Shown: positions 1-9,447 of the stretch, piece by piece | How positions within the stretch are numbered: position 1 is the stretch's first letter | How the letters are laid out: each line of letters starts with the position of its first letter | Assembly: GCA_963701995.1 (NCBI GenBank) | Contig: OY969693.1 | Location: forward strand, 1,025,512 to 1,089,511 | DNA length: 64,000 bases | Source of the DNA: Methanobacteriota archaeon | GTDB taxonomy: Archaea > Halobacteriota > Bog-38 > Methanoflorentales > Methanoflorentaceae | Direction: 5' to 3' | The notes under the pieces: generated by a model | The model's database searches: none | The model's input: only the letters and a program-made list of their open reading frames with translations | What the model was told of the DNA's origin: nothing | Translations under genes and position numbers: made by a program

Positions 1-284
1 GCAGTAATAAAATCCAATTCCGCTGTTGTATTGCGCGGAGCCCCCACCGTGTTTTCAATTCGTGGGTGGTCATCCATCAGCATTCCGGGAACGTTGTATG
101 CGAGCAGGTGAGTGACCTGCCTCACCTGGCCGTCTGTAACGATGTCAACGCCGGCTCTTAGCTGGTCCTGAACCGCCTTTTTGACCGCTGCGGTGAATGG
201 GTTCTCGCCACCTGCTCGGACGTACGCTCGTATCGAGTTGAGATCTGGTCGCGTTGGGTAACCGCTCAAGTTCGCCGATAGCAT
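1..284 (-). CDS. metE: Archaeal core (MetE C-terminal-like) methionine synthase, 5' part; runs off the window edge
   Basis: Manual translation from the ATG at 284 gives MLSANLSGYPTRP...AVKKAVQDQLRAGVDIVTDGQVR, matching the 'GSYP...Q..AG.D...DGQ.R' motif of short methionine synthases. Not in the ORF track. Confidence 0.75.
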   Translation of the reverse strand, partial: MLSANLSGYPTRPDLNSIRAYVRAGGENPFTAAVKKAVQDQLRAGVDIVTDGQVRQVTHLLAYNVPGMLMDDHPRIENTVGAPRNTTAELDFIT

Positions 285-285
285 G

Positions 286-1353
286 CTAAGAACCCGCCGG
301 CAGCATTTTTTCTTGTTGCGTCTCTCGGTACGTCCTGAACAAAGCGAGGGCTAGGCCGTAAGCCGCTGGTCCTATGACGAAGCCAATCGGCCCGAGTGCT
401 AAGATGGGGGCCGTGAACGCGAGAATCGTCAGTGCTTGAGGCACCCTGCCGGTGCGATGGGCCCACATCGGAAGTATGTACAAGCCCGTAAGCTGATCAA
501 GCACTGCCCAGCTAAAAACCAATAGAACCACGGCCTTTATCGGATCTCCGATAAGCAGGTAATAGAGTGTGAGCGGTACGTACACGATTGCCCTCCCAAT
601 GACGGGGATGAGCCCAAAAATCGCAATGAGTATTGCGAACGTAATGAAATAGGGCACACCGAGGATTGCGTATCCCACCGCCGCTAAGATGCCACTCACG
701 ATACTGGATCCGAGATTGACGACGTAGAGTGAGTAATATATCAGTTGGAGGTGTCCCAGAAAGCGATTTACGACGGTTTGGTACTCCACCGGTACTAGCG
801 TGATCATTTCGTCGACGAAACCCTTTCCACGCAGCAAGAGGTAATAAAGAAGCAAAGTTACGATCACCAGTTCGACGACGTAGAGCGGTATGTTTGGAAT
901 GACCCGTTCTATGACACTTGTTGAGCTCGATAGCACATCCTTCAGAATGGTCGACAATATCTCAGAAATCCTACCCTGTAAGCTTGCGACTTGGAGGCTC
1001 TCGCTTATTCGCGCGCTAAGGCTCGTGATTAGACTTTGGGAGCCCTGGTTGAGCAACTTGTCAAGGTTCTCAGAAGAGATAGATAGACTAGCGATCTCAC
1101 TGTATAATATGTAAACGATGTCTAGCAATACGAACGCGAGGGCTGCGAAGATGGAAACGATGACGATCAGAATGGCGCTTCGTCGTCGGTGGATGCGTTT
1201 TTCGAGCCACGCAGTGGGGTATTGTAGAATGAAAGCGAGCAATAGCGTTATGGCAATGACGTCTTTGAATGGCCACGAGATAAATACAAGGACTGTGGCA
1301 ACACTCGCTACAAGGACTAGGAGCACTAGCCTATCGCGTAGCTTTTTGTCCAT
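286..1353 (-). CDS. AI-2E family (UPF0118/PerM) transporter
   Basis: 355 aa multi-TM protein with 'LIPVIG' and 'LGPIGFVIGP' motifs. Confidence 0.85.
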   Translation of the reverse strand: MDKKLRDRLVLLVLVASVATVLVFISWPFKDVIAITLLLAFILQYPTAWLEKRIHRRRSAILIVIVSIFAALAFVLLDIVYILYSEIASLSISSENLDKLLNQGSQSLITSLSARISESLQVASLQGRISEILSTILKDVLSSSTSVIERVIPNIPLYVVELVIVTLLLYYLLLRGKGFVDEMITLVPVEYQTVVNRFLGHLQLIYYSLYVVNLGSSIVSGILAAVGYAILGVPYFITFAILIAIFGLIPVIGRAIVYVPLTLYYLLIGDPIKAVVLLVFSWAVLDQLTGLYILPMWAHRTGRVPQALTILAFTAPILALGPIGFVIGPAAYGLALALFRTYRETQQEKMLPAGS

Positions 1354-1458
1354 AGATTCGGTGCGGCCCCTTCCTCAACTCACTACTCATCCGAGATCAA
1401 GCTTTCTATGCGCGCGCATCGACAGCGTTATTATCTTCGTCCTCGTGTAACTCACTGT

Positions 1459-1818
1459 ATGGACCGACTAGACAAGATCTTTGAATTACAGGCGAGCTTT
1501 GACGAATCCGTTCAAAATCGAGCCCCTTTCAACGAGTGGAGCAAAGAAGACCGGGTCGTGGCCTTGCTTGGGCATCTGATACAGGAGTCTTACGAGACGC
1601 GCAACACGCTGGGCGTTGTCATCACCGGTGAGAGGAAGTGGTGGAAAAAACACACATTGTCTGCGGAAAAGTGGCGCAGCGTTCACGAAGAACTAATTGA
1701 TTGCTTGCACTTCCTCGTGTCTGCGATGATCAGTGCAGGTCTAACGCCACAAACGGTCATCGAAGCGTATGAAAAAAAGAACCTCATCAATAGAAAGAGG
1801 CAAGCTGAGAGCTATTAG
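1459..1818 (+). CDS. Dimeric all-alpha dUTPase / MazG-like NTP pyrophosphatase
   Basis: MDRLDKIFELQ...E..E...KWWKK...EELIDCLHF...AYEKKN.IN..RQ pattern; start moved to the ATG at 1459. Confidence 0.8.
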   Translation: MDRLDKIFELQASFDESVQNRAPFNEWSKEDRVVALLGHLIQESYETRNTLGVVITGERKWWKKHTLSAEKWRSVHEELIDCLHFLVSAMISAGLTPQTVIEAYEKKNLINRKRQAESY

Positions 1819-2987
1819 ATCTTGATCTTTCCATACCAACCGCCTCTGCCCACAAACTCGAAGTCGATAGCATCTTTTCTGAACCGTCCAAGCACTTCCG
1901 CGAGTTCTGGGTGCCGTTGCCTCACGTCACCTAGAGGCGCATCGATTAGAATGTTTATTTCGTTATCAAATTCCCGTATCAGTTCGCCGTAAATCTTCTT
2001 GACGTTCATTGGCTTGGAACGCTTCATAGCCTTCAGTATCTCTAAGAGCGGCACGGCGTGTATATATGGCGGCCTTTGTGCTAAGGGAACCTCGTAACTC
2101 TTGAGCGCCAGGAGCCGTATCCTATCTTTCACACCTATCTTGAGTGGTCCGCCGCACTCGGGACAGGTTTTTAGGACGTTTCCATCGGTGGTGATATCTT
2201 CCAGGTCGTAAGCTTTTTTGCAGCGACGGCACCCTGTCAGATGGTACTTGCCCTCTCGTGGGTCGAGACCTACGTTGAGGACTACCCCCCGACCGTTGAC
2301 TCCCTGAAATGCTCGACGTATCTCGCGAAAACTTGGGCGTCGCAAGCAGAATCGCGTAAACTCTCTGCCTAACTTATCAGGCGCCGCCGAATGCGCGTCA
2401 CTGAACGACACGAAGGTGCACGAATCCAACTCCGCTAGCTTGCTGGCCATTTTGGTGTCAGCACTTAGTCCAAGCTCTAGAAAGGTGACAAGATCGCGAT
2501 TCCCCCCATAACACTCGCGGATGCTGTCGTAAGCGGCGTACATTGATGTCCAAGGAGTGAAGGCGTGTGACGGCCCCGCGAGCGCGTCGACTTCACGAAC
2601 TAGACTGATAAGTTCTTCAGGTGATATTTTAAGCTGAGGTCTGCCGCCAGTTAATCGTGAATATCCGTTCTTCAGCATCACTTCGCGGAGTTCGTGCGCG
2701 GAAGAGAAACTCGGAAACAATATCAGATGATGAACACGCCCCTTGACCGTTGTTTCAACTTCGGTTTGAATTACATAGGTAATTCCATCAATCTCATAGC
2801 AGTCTCCATGCTTTTCCAAGCTCGATTCTAGCTCTTCTAGCCACACGCCCTGAAGACAATCGCCAGTTCCGAGCACTTGAACGCCTTTCAGATGAGCAGT
2901 TTCGCACATTCGTGGCAGGTCCATCTTGGGGCTCGTCCCGATGCTGAAACGTGAGTGTAGGTGCAGATCCACGTCAAAGTGCTTCAT
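1815..2987 (-). CDS. Endonuclease Q family (PHP domain + Zn finger, TIGR00375-like)
   Basis: DLHLHSRFS, GTGD, HAFTPW, ELGLSAD, SDAHS, GKYH..GC..C and GGWYG motifs; start moved to MKHFD. Confidence 0.88.
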   Translation of the reverse strand: MKHFDVDLHLHSRFSIGTSPKMDLPRMCETAHLKGVQVLGTGDCLQGVWLEELESSLEKHGDCYEIDGITYVIQTEVETTVKGRVHHLILFPSFSSAHELREVMLKNGYSRLTGGRPQLKISPEELISLVREVDALAGPSHAFTPWTSMYAAYDSIRECYGGNRDLVTFLELGLSADTKMASKLAELDSCTFVSFSDAHSAAPDKLGREFTRFCLRRPSFREIRRAFQGVNGRGVVLNVGLDPREGKYHLTGCRRCKKAYDLEDITTDGNVLKTCPECGGPLKIGVKDRIRLLALKSYEVPLAQRPPYIHAVPLLEILKAMKRSKPMNVKKIYGELIREFDNEINILIDAPLGDVRQRHPELAEVLGRFRKDAIDFEFVGRGGWYGKIKI

Positions 2988-3119
2988 CTCTTGGTATTTC
3001 GTAAAACAGATATAAATAGCTAAATAGCTCACAATCGCTTTCGTAAAGACGAACACGGAAGTAGTTTTTTAAGTCAAGAAAAGAAAAGAAAGTATGAGAA
3101 TGCTAGACGCCTGAAGCGA

Positions 3120-4001
3120 TTGGACTCTATGGATAAAATTTACACAGCGATCACCGAGGCTGCCAATGAACTGGCAAAAAAGATCAATGCCGCACATATT
3201 TTTGTGATCTCAGATGCATCGTGTATCGAGGTGCCCTGCGACGTCCCTTCGACTTTTATTGAAACCTCTTCGCTAACCAAAGGCGTCACTAAAGAGTTGC
3301 GAGATCTCCTGAGCGAAAGCGCAACCCAGGACCTCAAAACCAAAATCGTTGCCCCCGCATTCAATGATTTCGCGCTTGTGCAGGACATTGCCACTACGGC
3401 CTATGTTCAGGACGTAGTAAGTGGCGGGTACATCGTTGGCGTGTTATGCCTGGCGGACCTATCGTCTATCGTTGTGTGTGACCTCAAACAGCTTGTAACG
3501 GTGCAGGCAATAGACAAGACAGCGGAACGCGTGGATCCAACGGCGCTAAAAGCGGTGTTGCGATTGGCTCTTGAATTGGGAAGAGAGGGCCGAGAGGGCA
3601 AGAAGGTGGGAACGGCATTCATAGTTGGGGACACGAATGAAGTGCTGCGAAGATCACATCAGCTTATTCTCAATCCGTACAAGGGACACGCCGAAGATAT
3701 GCGGGACATAAAGAATCATTCGCATTGGGAAACCATCAAAGAATTTGCTCAGCTAGACGGCGTTTTTATTGTAGACGAGAAAGGGATCATCACGTCAGCC
3801 GGCAGATACTTAGACGTAAACACAAAATTAATCGAGTTAGAGGGGTTAGGGGGTCGACACATATCGGCGCTTGCGATTACGCGCGAGACACACGCAATAG
3901 CAATAACCGTTTCAGAAAGTGGGGGAACAGTCCGCCTTTTCAAAGACGGCATCGAAACCAGAATCGAGCCGAGCGCTGACCTGTTCTTACTCCTACCATA
4001 A
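3120..4001 (+). CDS. dacZ: Archaeal diadenylate cyclase (c-di-AMP synthase)
   Basis: GREG..VGTAF, KEFAQLDG, GLGGRH and VSESGG DAC motifs. Confidence 0.88.
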   Translation: MDSMDKIYTAITEAANELAKKINAAHIFVISDASCIEVPCDVPSTFIETSSLTKGVTKELRDLLSESATQDLKTKIVAPAFNDFALVQDIATTAYVQDVVSGGYIVGVLCLADLSSIVVCDLKQLVTVQAIDKTAERVDPTALKAVLRLALELGREGREGKKVGTAFIVGDTNEVLRRSHQLILNPYKGHAEDMRDIKNHSHWETIKEFAQLDGVFIVDEKGIITSAGRYLDVNTKLIELEGLGGRHISALAITRETHAIAITVSESGGTVRLFKDGIETRIEPSADLFLLLP

Positions 4002-4206
4002 TGCGATCACCCAGCTGTAGATCGTGTTAGCACCGAATCAGCGAAGTGATGCTCGTCGTCGTCTCAGAATTGGTCCGCCCATGGTTTTTTCTTCACGCGT
4101 GCCGATTTATCTTTCCTTAGGGCTTAGCCTGTTCAATCCGCGCGCTGAAAAAGCATCTCGTGTGAGGCGTTAAGGAGAAAGCTGAATGCACGAGTGACAA
4201 AGTTTA

Positions 4207-4312
4207 TGCGGGGGGTGCGATTTGAACGCACGAACTCCTATGAGACAGGGTATCTTACTTGCACGTCGCAGCCCTAAGCCCTGCGCCTTTGACCTAGCTT
4301 GGCAACCCCCGC
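4207..4312 (-). tRNA. tRNA-Leu(UAG) with a 21-nt intron (4252-4272) at 37/38
   Basis: Cloverleaf GCGGGGG...CAGGG-CTTAGG[intron]A-CCCTG...GTTCAAATC; BHB helix CTTA/TAAG. Confidence 0.93.
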
Positions 4313-4321
4313 TAAGCACTC

Positions 4322-4906
4322 TCATGTGTTGCTATTATTTAAGAATCTGGCTGCACCGTATGCCACGAGTATGAAGACCGGTGTAAGGAGGAAAGTGAAA
4401 ATGGCGATCTGCGTGATGTCGCTTGCCGGTATGGGTGGATGAGTGCCCAAAAAATAATCCGCGAAATCGTTTGCAAGAAACCATATGAGCGCAACGGCGA
4501 TGAACCTCTGCTTCAGCTGCCGAATTAACATGAGTGGCAGAATGAACTCGGCAGCCATCGCGACATGCAATAGAACCAGCACTGAGTAAAAACTGCTGTC
4601 GACTGAGAAATAAAACGCAGTAAACGCTAAAATGACGAATACGGTCCACGTGCCGTATTTTGCCAATCCGATTGCAGTGATGAAATTGACAATATCGGAA
4701 CTGCGCCTCGTGCTCACGTAAACGGCTAGGACGGCCGCAGCGAGCATAGTGTACAGAGGGCAGTCTGGGATGAATATCCAGTAGACAGGGCTCGAAGAAA
4801 CCAGCTGATCCCAGTAGTAGAAGAAGCCGACTAACGTTCCCGCGACGTTGATAATTATGATCGCAACCAACAGCGGCGTGCTTTCCAAGATACCGCGGAG
4901 TTTCAC
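4322..4906 (-). CDS. DUF1405-like membrane protein
   Basis: GFFYYWDQL, FIPDCPL, KYGTWT and ND..DY..GTHP motifs. Confidence 0.75.
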   Translation of the reverse strand: MKLRGILESTPLLVAIIIINVAGTLVGFFYYWDQLVSSSPVYWIFIPDCPLYTMLAAAVLAVYVSTRRSSDIVNFITAIGLAKYGTWTVFVILAFTAFYFSVDSSFYSVLVLLHVAMAAEFILPLMLIRQLKQRFIAVALIWFLANDFADYFLGTHPPIPASDITQIAIFTFLLTPVFILVAYGAARFLNNSNT

Positions 4907-5391
4907 GTCGTGTCTTCACTCCTGATCTCTCGAGCGGGCACCCCGCCGACCAGAGCGTCGCTGGTGATGTCTCGATTAACAAGAGAGCAGGCAGAAATCG
5001 TAGCTCCGCTTCCAATGACCACGCCTGCTAAGACCGTCGAGTTTGCTCCTATCAGAACATTTTTGCCGATTTCGATCGGGCCCTTTTTCCATTTGCCTAT
5101 CAGGAATTCGTGACAAAGCAGGGTAGACCCATATCCGATGACGGAGTTGTCGCCAATTTCTATAAGTTCGGGAAAAAAGATGTCAAAAGTGACTTCCAAA
5201 CCGACAGAAACGTTCTTGCCGACTTTGATCCCAATTGAACGATATAGCGCGTTTTTTGTTTTCAGTGAAGGCAACAAGCCGCATATGCGCACAACGAGGT
5301 AGTTTAGGGCCACTCGCAGTGGGTTTTTGACTTTTGGCCAGTCCCACATTGAGTTACGTTCGTGAGCCGCATACTCGGTTAATCGACGCAC
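4903..5391 (-). CDS. YvoF-like left-handed beta-helix O-acetyltransferase
   Basis: Likely GTG start at 5391 (VRRLTEY...). NS.W, KN.LYR, DIFFPELI.IG.NS.IGY..TLLCHE motifs. Confidence 0.75.
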   Translation of the reverse strand: MRRLTEYAAHERNSMWDWPKVKNPLRVALNYLVVRICGLLPSLKTKNALYRSIGIKVGKNVSVGLEVTFDIFFPELIEIGDNSVIGYGSTLLCHEFLIGKWKKGPIEIGKNVLIGANSTVLAGVVIGSGATISACSLVNRDITSDALVGGVPAREIRSEDTT

Positions 5392-5518
5392 GTAGTATCC
5401 AACGCGTACCTCTCGATTTATAGTTTTACCAAAACATTTAATTTCAATGGGGAGAGGATTCTGAGTGTAATTTTGGTGCCATTTGAATCGTAAGTCAATG
5501 GGAAAACGGAGGCCTATC

Positions 5519-6826
5519 ATGTTTGGATCTTCCGGAATTCGTGGAGTGGCCAACGAGAGGCTGACCTCAGAATTGGCGCTCAGTGTTGGGCTAGCCGTCG
5601 GATCTCGATGCAAATCTGCCGTTATAGGCAGAGATCCTCGGATCGCAAGCGAGATGATTGAATATGCACTCATCTCAGGGCTCACCGCCTGTGGGTGTGA
5701 CATCACCCGAATCGGCCTCGTCTCGACGCCGACTCTTTCTCACGCAGCCCGCAACTATGAGTGCGGGGTTATGGTTACCGCTTCACATAACCCTGCTGAA
5801 TACGTTGGCATCAAACTGTGGAACCCAGATGGCACCTCATTCAATAGCGAGCAGCAGGAAGACATCGAGTCATTGATCACCGAAGAAGAACCGCACCCCG
5901 CGTACAGAGGTAAGCGGGCCGGCTGGGACGCTATTGGGCAAATTGCGTCTTATGGCAATGCCATCAATGACCATAAAAAGGATATCCTTAATCATTTCAC
6001 CGATGTAAGCTGTCGCGTGGTTGTCGATTGCGGCTCAGGGGCAGGGGCGACCATCACACCATATGTGCTTAGAGAGATGGGATGCGACGTCATCACTTTG
6101 AATGCGCAGCCCGATGGATTTTTCCCTGCAAGAGATCCGGAGCCTATAGAAAGCAACTTGAATCTCCTGATTGAAGCTGTGCGAAGCTTCCGCGCCGATA
6201 TCGGTATAGCCCACGATGGTGACGCTGATCGTATGATGGCGGTAGACCGAGGTGGCAGGTATATAGCTGGTGATGAAATGCTCGCGCTGTTCGGCGTGAA
6301 CGAGGCAAAAAATATTGCAGTGTATCCTGTCGACGTTTCGCACATGGTCGATGACGTCCTCACCTGTGCGATTCATCGAACACGCGTAGGTGACGTGTAC
6401 GTCGCGGAAGAAGTCAAACGTGCAGGGGCGGACTTCGGTGGCGAAAGTAGCGGTAGCTGGATTTTTCCCCGCATTTCCTATACTCCGGACGGTATCTATG
6501 CAGCGGCACTGATCGTATCAATTGCTAGTCAGCAATCGATCTCCGACGTGATTGCACAGTTTCCCAAGTATCACATTTTGCGAGGGTCAGTTGCTTACAG
6601 CGGTGAAAACGATCCAATAGCTGCGATTACTCAAGAATTGCGTTCTCTCGACTATATTGAGATGACGACCATTGATGGCGTAAGGCTTGATTTTGAAGAC
6701 GGTTGGATACTAGTGAGAAGATCAGGAACAGAACCAAAGATAAGAATTACTGCGGAGGCAAGAGACGCAGCGATGACAAAAAGGCTTTATGAAAAAGCGT
6801 CGGCAATTGTGCAGAGGCACCTCTAA
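5519..6826 (+). CDS. glmM: Phosphoglucosamine mutase
   Basis: FGSSGIRG, TASHNP, DGDADR and RRSGTEP motifs; adjacent to glmU. Confidence 0.88.
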   Translation: MFGSSGIRGVANERLTSELALSVGLAVGSRCKSAVIGRDPRIASEMIEYALISGLTACGCDITRIGLVSTPTLSHAARNYECGVMVTASHNPAEYVGIKLWNPDGTSFNSEQQEDIESLITEEEPHPAYRGKRAGWDAIGQIASYGNAINDHKKDILNHFTDVSCRVVVDCGSGAGATITPYVLREMGCDVITLNAQPDGFFPARDPEPIESNLNLLIEAVRSFRADIGIAHDGDADRMMAVDRGGRYIAGDEMLALFGVNEAKNIAVYPVDVSHMVDDVLTCAIHRTRVGDVYVAEEVKRAGADFGGESSGSWIFPRISYTPDGIYAAALIVSIASQQSISDVIAQFPKYHILRGSVAYSGENDPIAAITQELRSLDYIEMTTIDGVRLDFEDGWILVRRSGTEPKIRITAEARDAAMTKRLYEKASAIVQRHL

Positions 6827-8058
6827 TGTTAGCGGTCGTACTTGGTGCCGGCGAAGGCACACGGATGCGCCCACTGACCTATAACCGCCCCAAAGTCATG
6901 CTCCCGGTGCTGGGCACGCCCATACTCGAACGTATAGTTAGCTCATGTGTCGAAGCAGGCATTTTGCGCGTAATAATCGTGACCGGTTACCACGAGGAAG
7001 CAATTCGCTCACATTTCGATAAAGCGGAGCTCGGAGCCCAGATTGAGTACGTCAGACAAGAACAGCAATGCGGGACGGCCGACGCAATTAACCAAGTTAG
7101 GGATCTCGTAGATGAGCGCTTTCTCGCGCTCAATGGCGATAGCTTGGTAAGCTCACCCACATTGAAGCTCATCGCACAGACAGCGCCAGACCGAGTAGTC
7201 CAGATCGCGGCGAAGAGAGTGAAAGAACCGAGCAACTACGGCATACTTGAAGTCATTGACGACGCTGTGGTTCGAATAACGGAAAAACCTGATGAGCCCC
7301 TCTCGGATTTGGCAAACCTCGGTATTTACGCCTTTGAGCCGGACATCTTCGAATGCATAGCTGCGACGCGGAAGTCGGCAAGGGGGGAGTACGAGATCAC
7401 TGACGCTATACAATTGCTCATCGATCAGGGCTACCCCGTTGGGTATACAAAGGTTGAGGAGCAGTGGATCGACATAGGAAGGCCCTGGGACTTGTTGAGC
7501 GCAAATGAGCTTCTGATGCAGACGCTCGAGAGCGCGAACGAGGGGGTCGTCGAGCCTCTTGCGACGTTAAAAGGCGTTGTGCGAATCGGACGTGGCTCGG
7601 TCATAAAAAATGGCGCCTACGTTGCCGGGCCGGTCATAATCGGCGAAGGATGTGAAATCGGGCCCAACTGCCTCTTACGTGCAGGTGCCTGCATAGGGAA
7701 TCGAGTCAAGATCGGCAACGCCGTCGAAGTGAAAAACTCAATCATAATGGATGAGAGCAAAATCGGACACTTGTCGTACGTCGGAGACAGCATCATCGGC
7801 GTGCGCTGTAATTTCGGTGCCGGTACTACAATCGCCAATCTGCGCTTTGATGAGAAGCGTATTAAACTCGGTGGCGCGGACACCGGTAGGCGGAAACTCG
7901 GCGTCATCATGGGTGACGACGTGCGCACAGGCATTAACAGCATGATAAACGTCGGCACGTCGATTGGTCCCGGATCGATACTCGGCGTGGGTGCGGTGGC
8001 TGCCGGAGTTTATCCTCCAGGCTCGAGAATCGAATCGAAATCTGCGACGCTGCAGTGA
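6826..8058 (+). CDS. glmU: Bifunctional sugar-1-P nucleotidyltransferase/acetyltransferase (archaeal GlmU)
   Basis: GAGEGTRMRPLT..RPK; LbH domain with HLSYVGDS, NLRFD and RKLG. Confidence 0.88.
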   Translation: MLAVVLGAGEGTRMRPLTYNRPKVMLPVLGTPILERIVSSCVEAGILRVIIVTGYHEEAIRSHFDKAELGAQIEYVRQEQQCGTADAINQVRDLVDERFLALNGDSLVSSPTLKLIAQTAPDRVVQIAAKRVKEPSNYGILEVIDDAVVRITEKPDEPLSDLANLGIYAFEPDIFECIAATRKSARGEYEITDAIQLLIDQGYPVGYTKVEEQWIDIGRPWDLLSANELLMQTLESANEGVVEPLATLKGVVRIGRGSVIKNGAYVAGPVIIGEGCEIGPNCLLRAGACIGNRVKIGNAVEVKNSIIMDESKIGHLSYVGDSIIGVRCNFGAGTTIANLRFDEKRIKLGGADTGRRKLGVIMGDDVRTGINSMINVGTSIGPGSILGVGAVAAGVYPPGSRIESKSATLQ

Positions 8059-8128
8059 AGCGTATCGCTTGATTGTAGATGATAAGCTATTTAGCCGATG
8101 GTGCTTGTAAGCTCAGAGGAGACGAGAC

Positions 8129-9439
8129 ATGCGTGTTGCTGTTTTTATTGGGACGCGAGCGGAGCTCATAGGAATGGCCTCTTTTCTCAAGGAGGTCGAC
8201 AAGAACCCCGACACGGAACTCGTATTTACTCATACCGGGCAACATTTTGACCGCGAAATGTACGAGAACTTGCTTAAAGATTTGGGTCTTCGAGACCCCG
8301 ATTATGGCTTGTCGCTTGGCAACATGAGCTACAATAAGCAGATCTCCGGCATGATCAATCAAATCGATGATATATTGGAGAAAGCGCGGCCTGACTTTGT
8401 GTTTGTTCAAGGCAACGTAATCTCGTCTTTTAGCGCAGCCATCGCATCGTCGATGAACTTTGTTCCGGTCGGCCACATTGAATCGGGCTATCGGTCACTG
8501 CGGGACTTGCACAGCGATGTAAGAAGGAAAGTTATCGAAATGTGCTCGACGCTGTTTTTTCCTGTGTGTAACACGGCCCACCTAAACCTGCTTGAAGAGT
8601 GCTACGATCCTGATTGCGTCCACTACTTAGGTGATCCTCTCGTCGACGCACTTTTGGACTACAAGCCGACGGCGCAAAAGGCGGATTCTATCGAAGCGCT
8701 TTGTGAAGACGAACGACCGATTGTTGCAGTGGCGGTTAGGCTGCCGTGGAACATAGGAAGCCCTGAGGCGCTCGGCAGAATCACGAAAGCGGCGACTAGT
8801 CTCGATGAATACAACGTTGTCATGCTCTTGCACCCAAACACTAGGAGACATCTCGTCAAATTCGGCCTAATGGAAGAATTGCAATCGTGTGAGAACGTCC
8901 ATCTTATCGATCCATTGGCCTACACTGGTTTCCTAAGACTGATGATGGACTCTCACGTGTTAGTCACCGATTCCGGGGGCCCTCAGAAAGAAAGCGCCAT
9001 TCTGGAAACGCCGTGCATCACGCTGTCCGAGAGCACCTATTACACTGAGACCGTTGAAAATGGGTGGAATAGGTTACTAGGCAATAGCCCGCACCCGGAT
9101 GTCTTGACTGAAGCCGTACGGGCTACGGCGTCCGGGAAAAAAATAAGCGACCCGCTTAACGACGGCAAATCATCGCAGCGAATAATCTCTAAAGTCGTTC
9201 AGCTGTTCGAAGAAGGGCGTCTCACGATCTCTCCGCAAGTGGCAAAAACGAGCTTCTATGCTCACCTAACGGTTTTTTCGGAAGGGTTAATGGGCATGCG
9301 AACACGCGCCGCCTCTGACGCTGGCGGGACGGTTCAAGCGATGTTCGACCAAACAGGGGAAATCACGTTTGATCCGACGCAAGCTCAGATTGTCCGCACT
9401 TTCGGGCCAGTGCGAAAAACAAAAGAAACGGAAAAGTAA
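8129..9439 (+). CDS. UDP-GlcNAc 2-epimerase-like protein with divergent active site and C-terminal extension
   Basis: GTR.E, HTGQH, H.E.G.RS and TDSGG motifs of the WecB family; several catalytic residues differ. Confidence 0.75.
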   Translation: MRVAVFIGTRAELIGMASFLKEVDKNPDTELVFTHTGQHFDREMYENLLKDLGLRDPDYGLSLGNMSYNKQISGMINQIDDILEKARPDFVFVQGNVISSFSAAIASSMNFVPVGHIESGYRSLRDLHSDVRRKVIEMCSTLFFPVCNTAHLNLLEECYDPDCVHYLGDPLVDALLDYKPTAQKADSIEALCEDERPIVAVAVRLPWNIGSPEALGRITKAATSLDEYNVVMLLHPNTRRHLVKFGLMEELQSCENVHLIDPLAYTGFLRLMMDSHVLVTDSGGPQKESAILETPCITLSESTYYTETVENGWNRLLGNSPHPDVLTEAVRATASGKKISDPLNDGKSSQRIISKVVQLFEEGRLTISPQVAKTSFYAHLTVFSEGLMGMRTRAASDAGGTVQAMFDQTGEITFDPTQAQIVRTFGPVRKTKETEK

Positions 9440-9447
9440 GGTCACTG

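Noticed and set aside
5392..5706. N-terminal extension of the 267-aa acetyltransferase ORF
   Set aside because: It overlaps glmM antisense and the divergent promoter region. Homology begins at about 5391.
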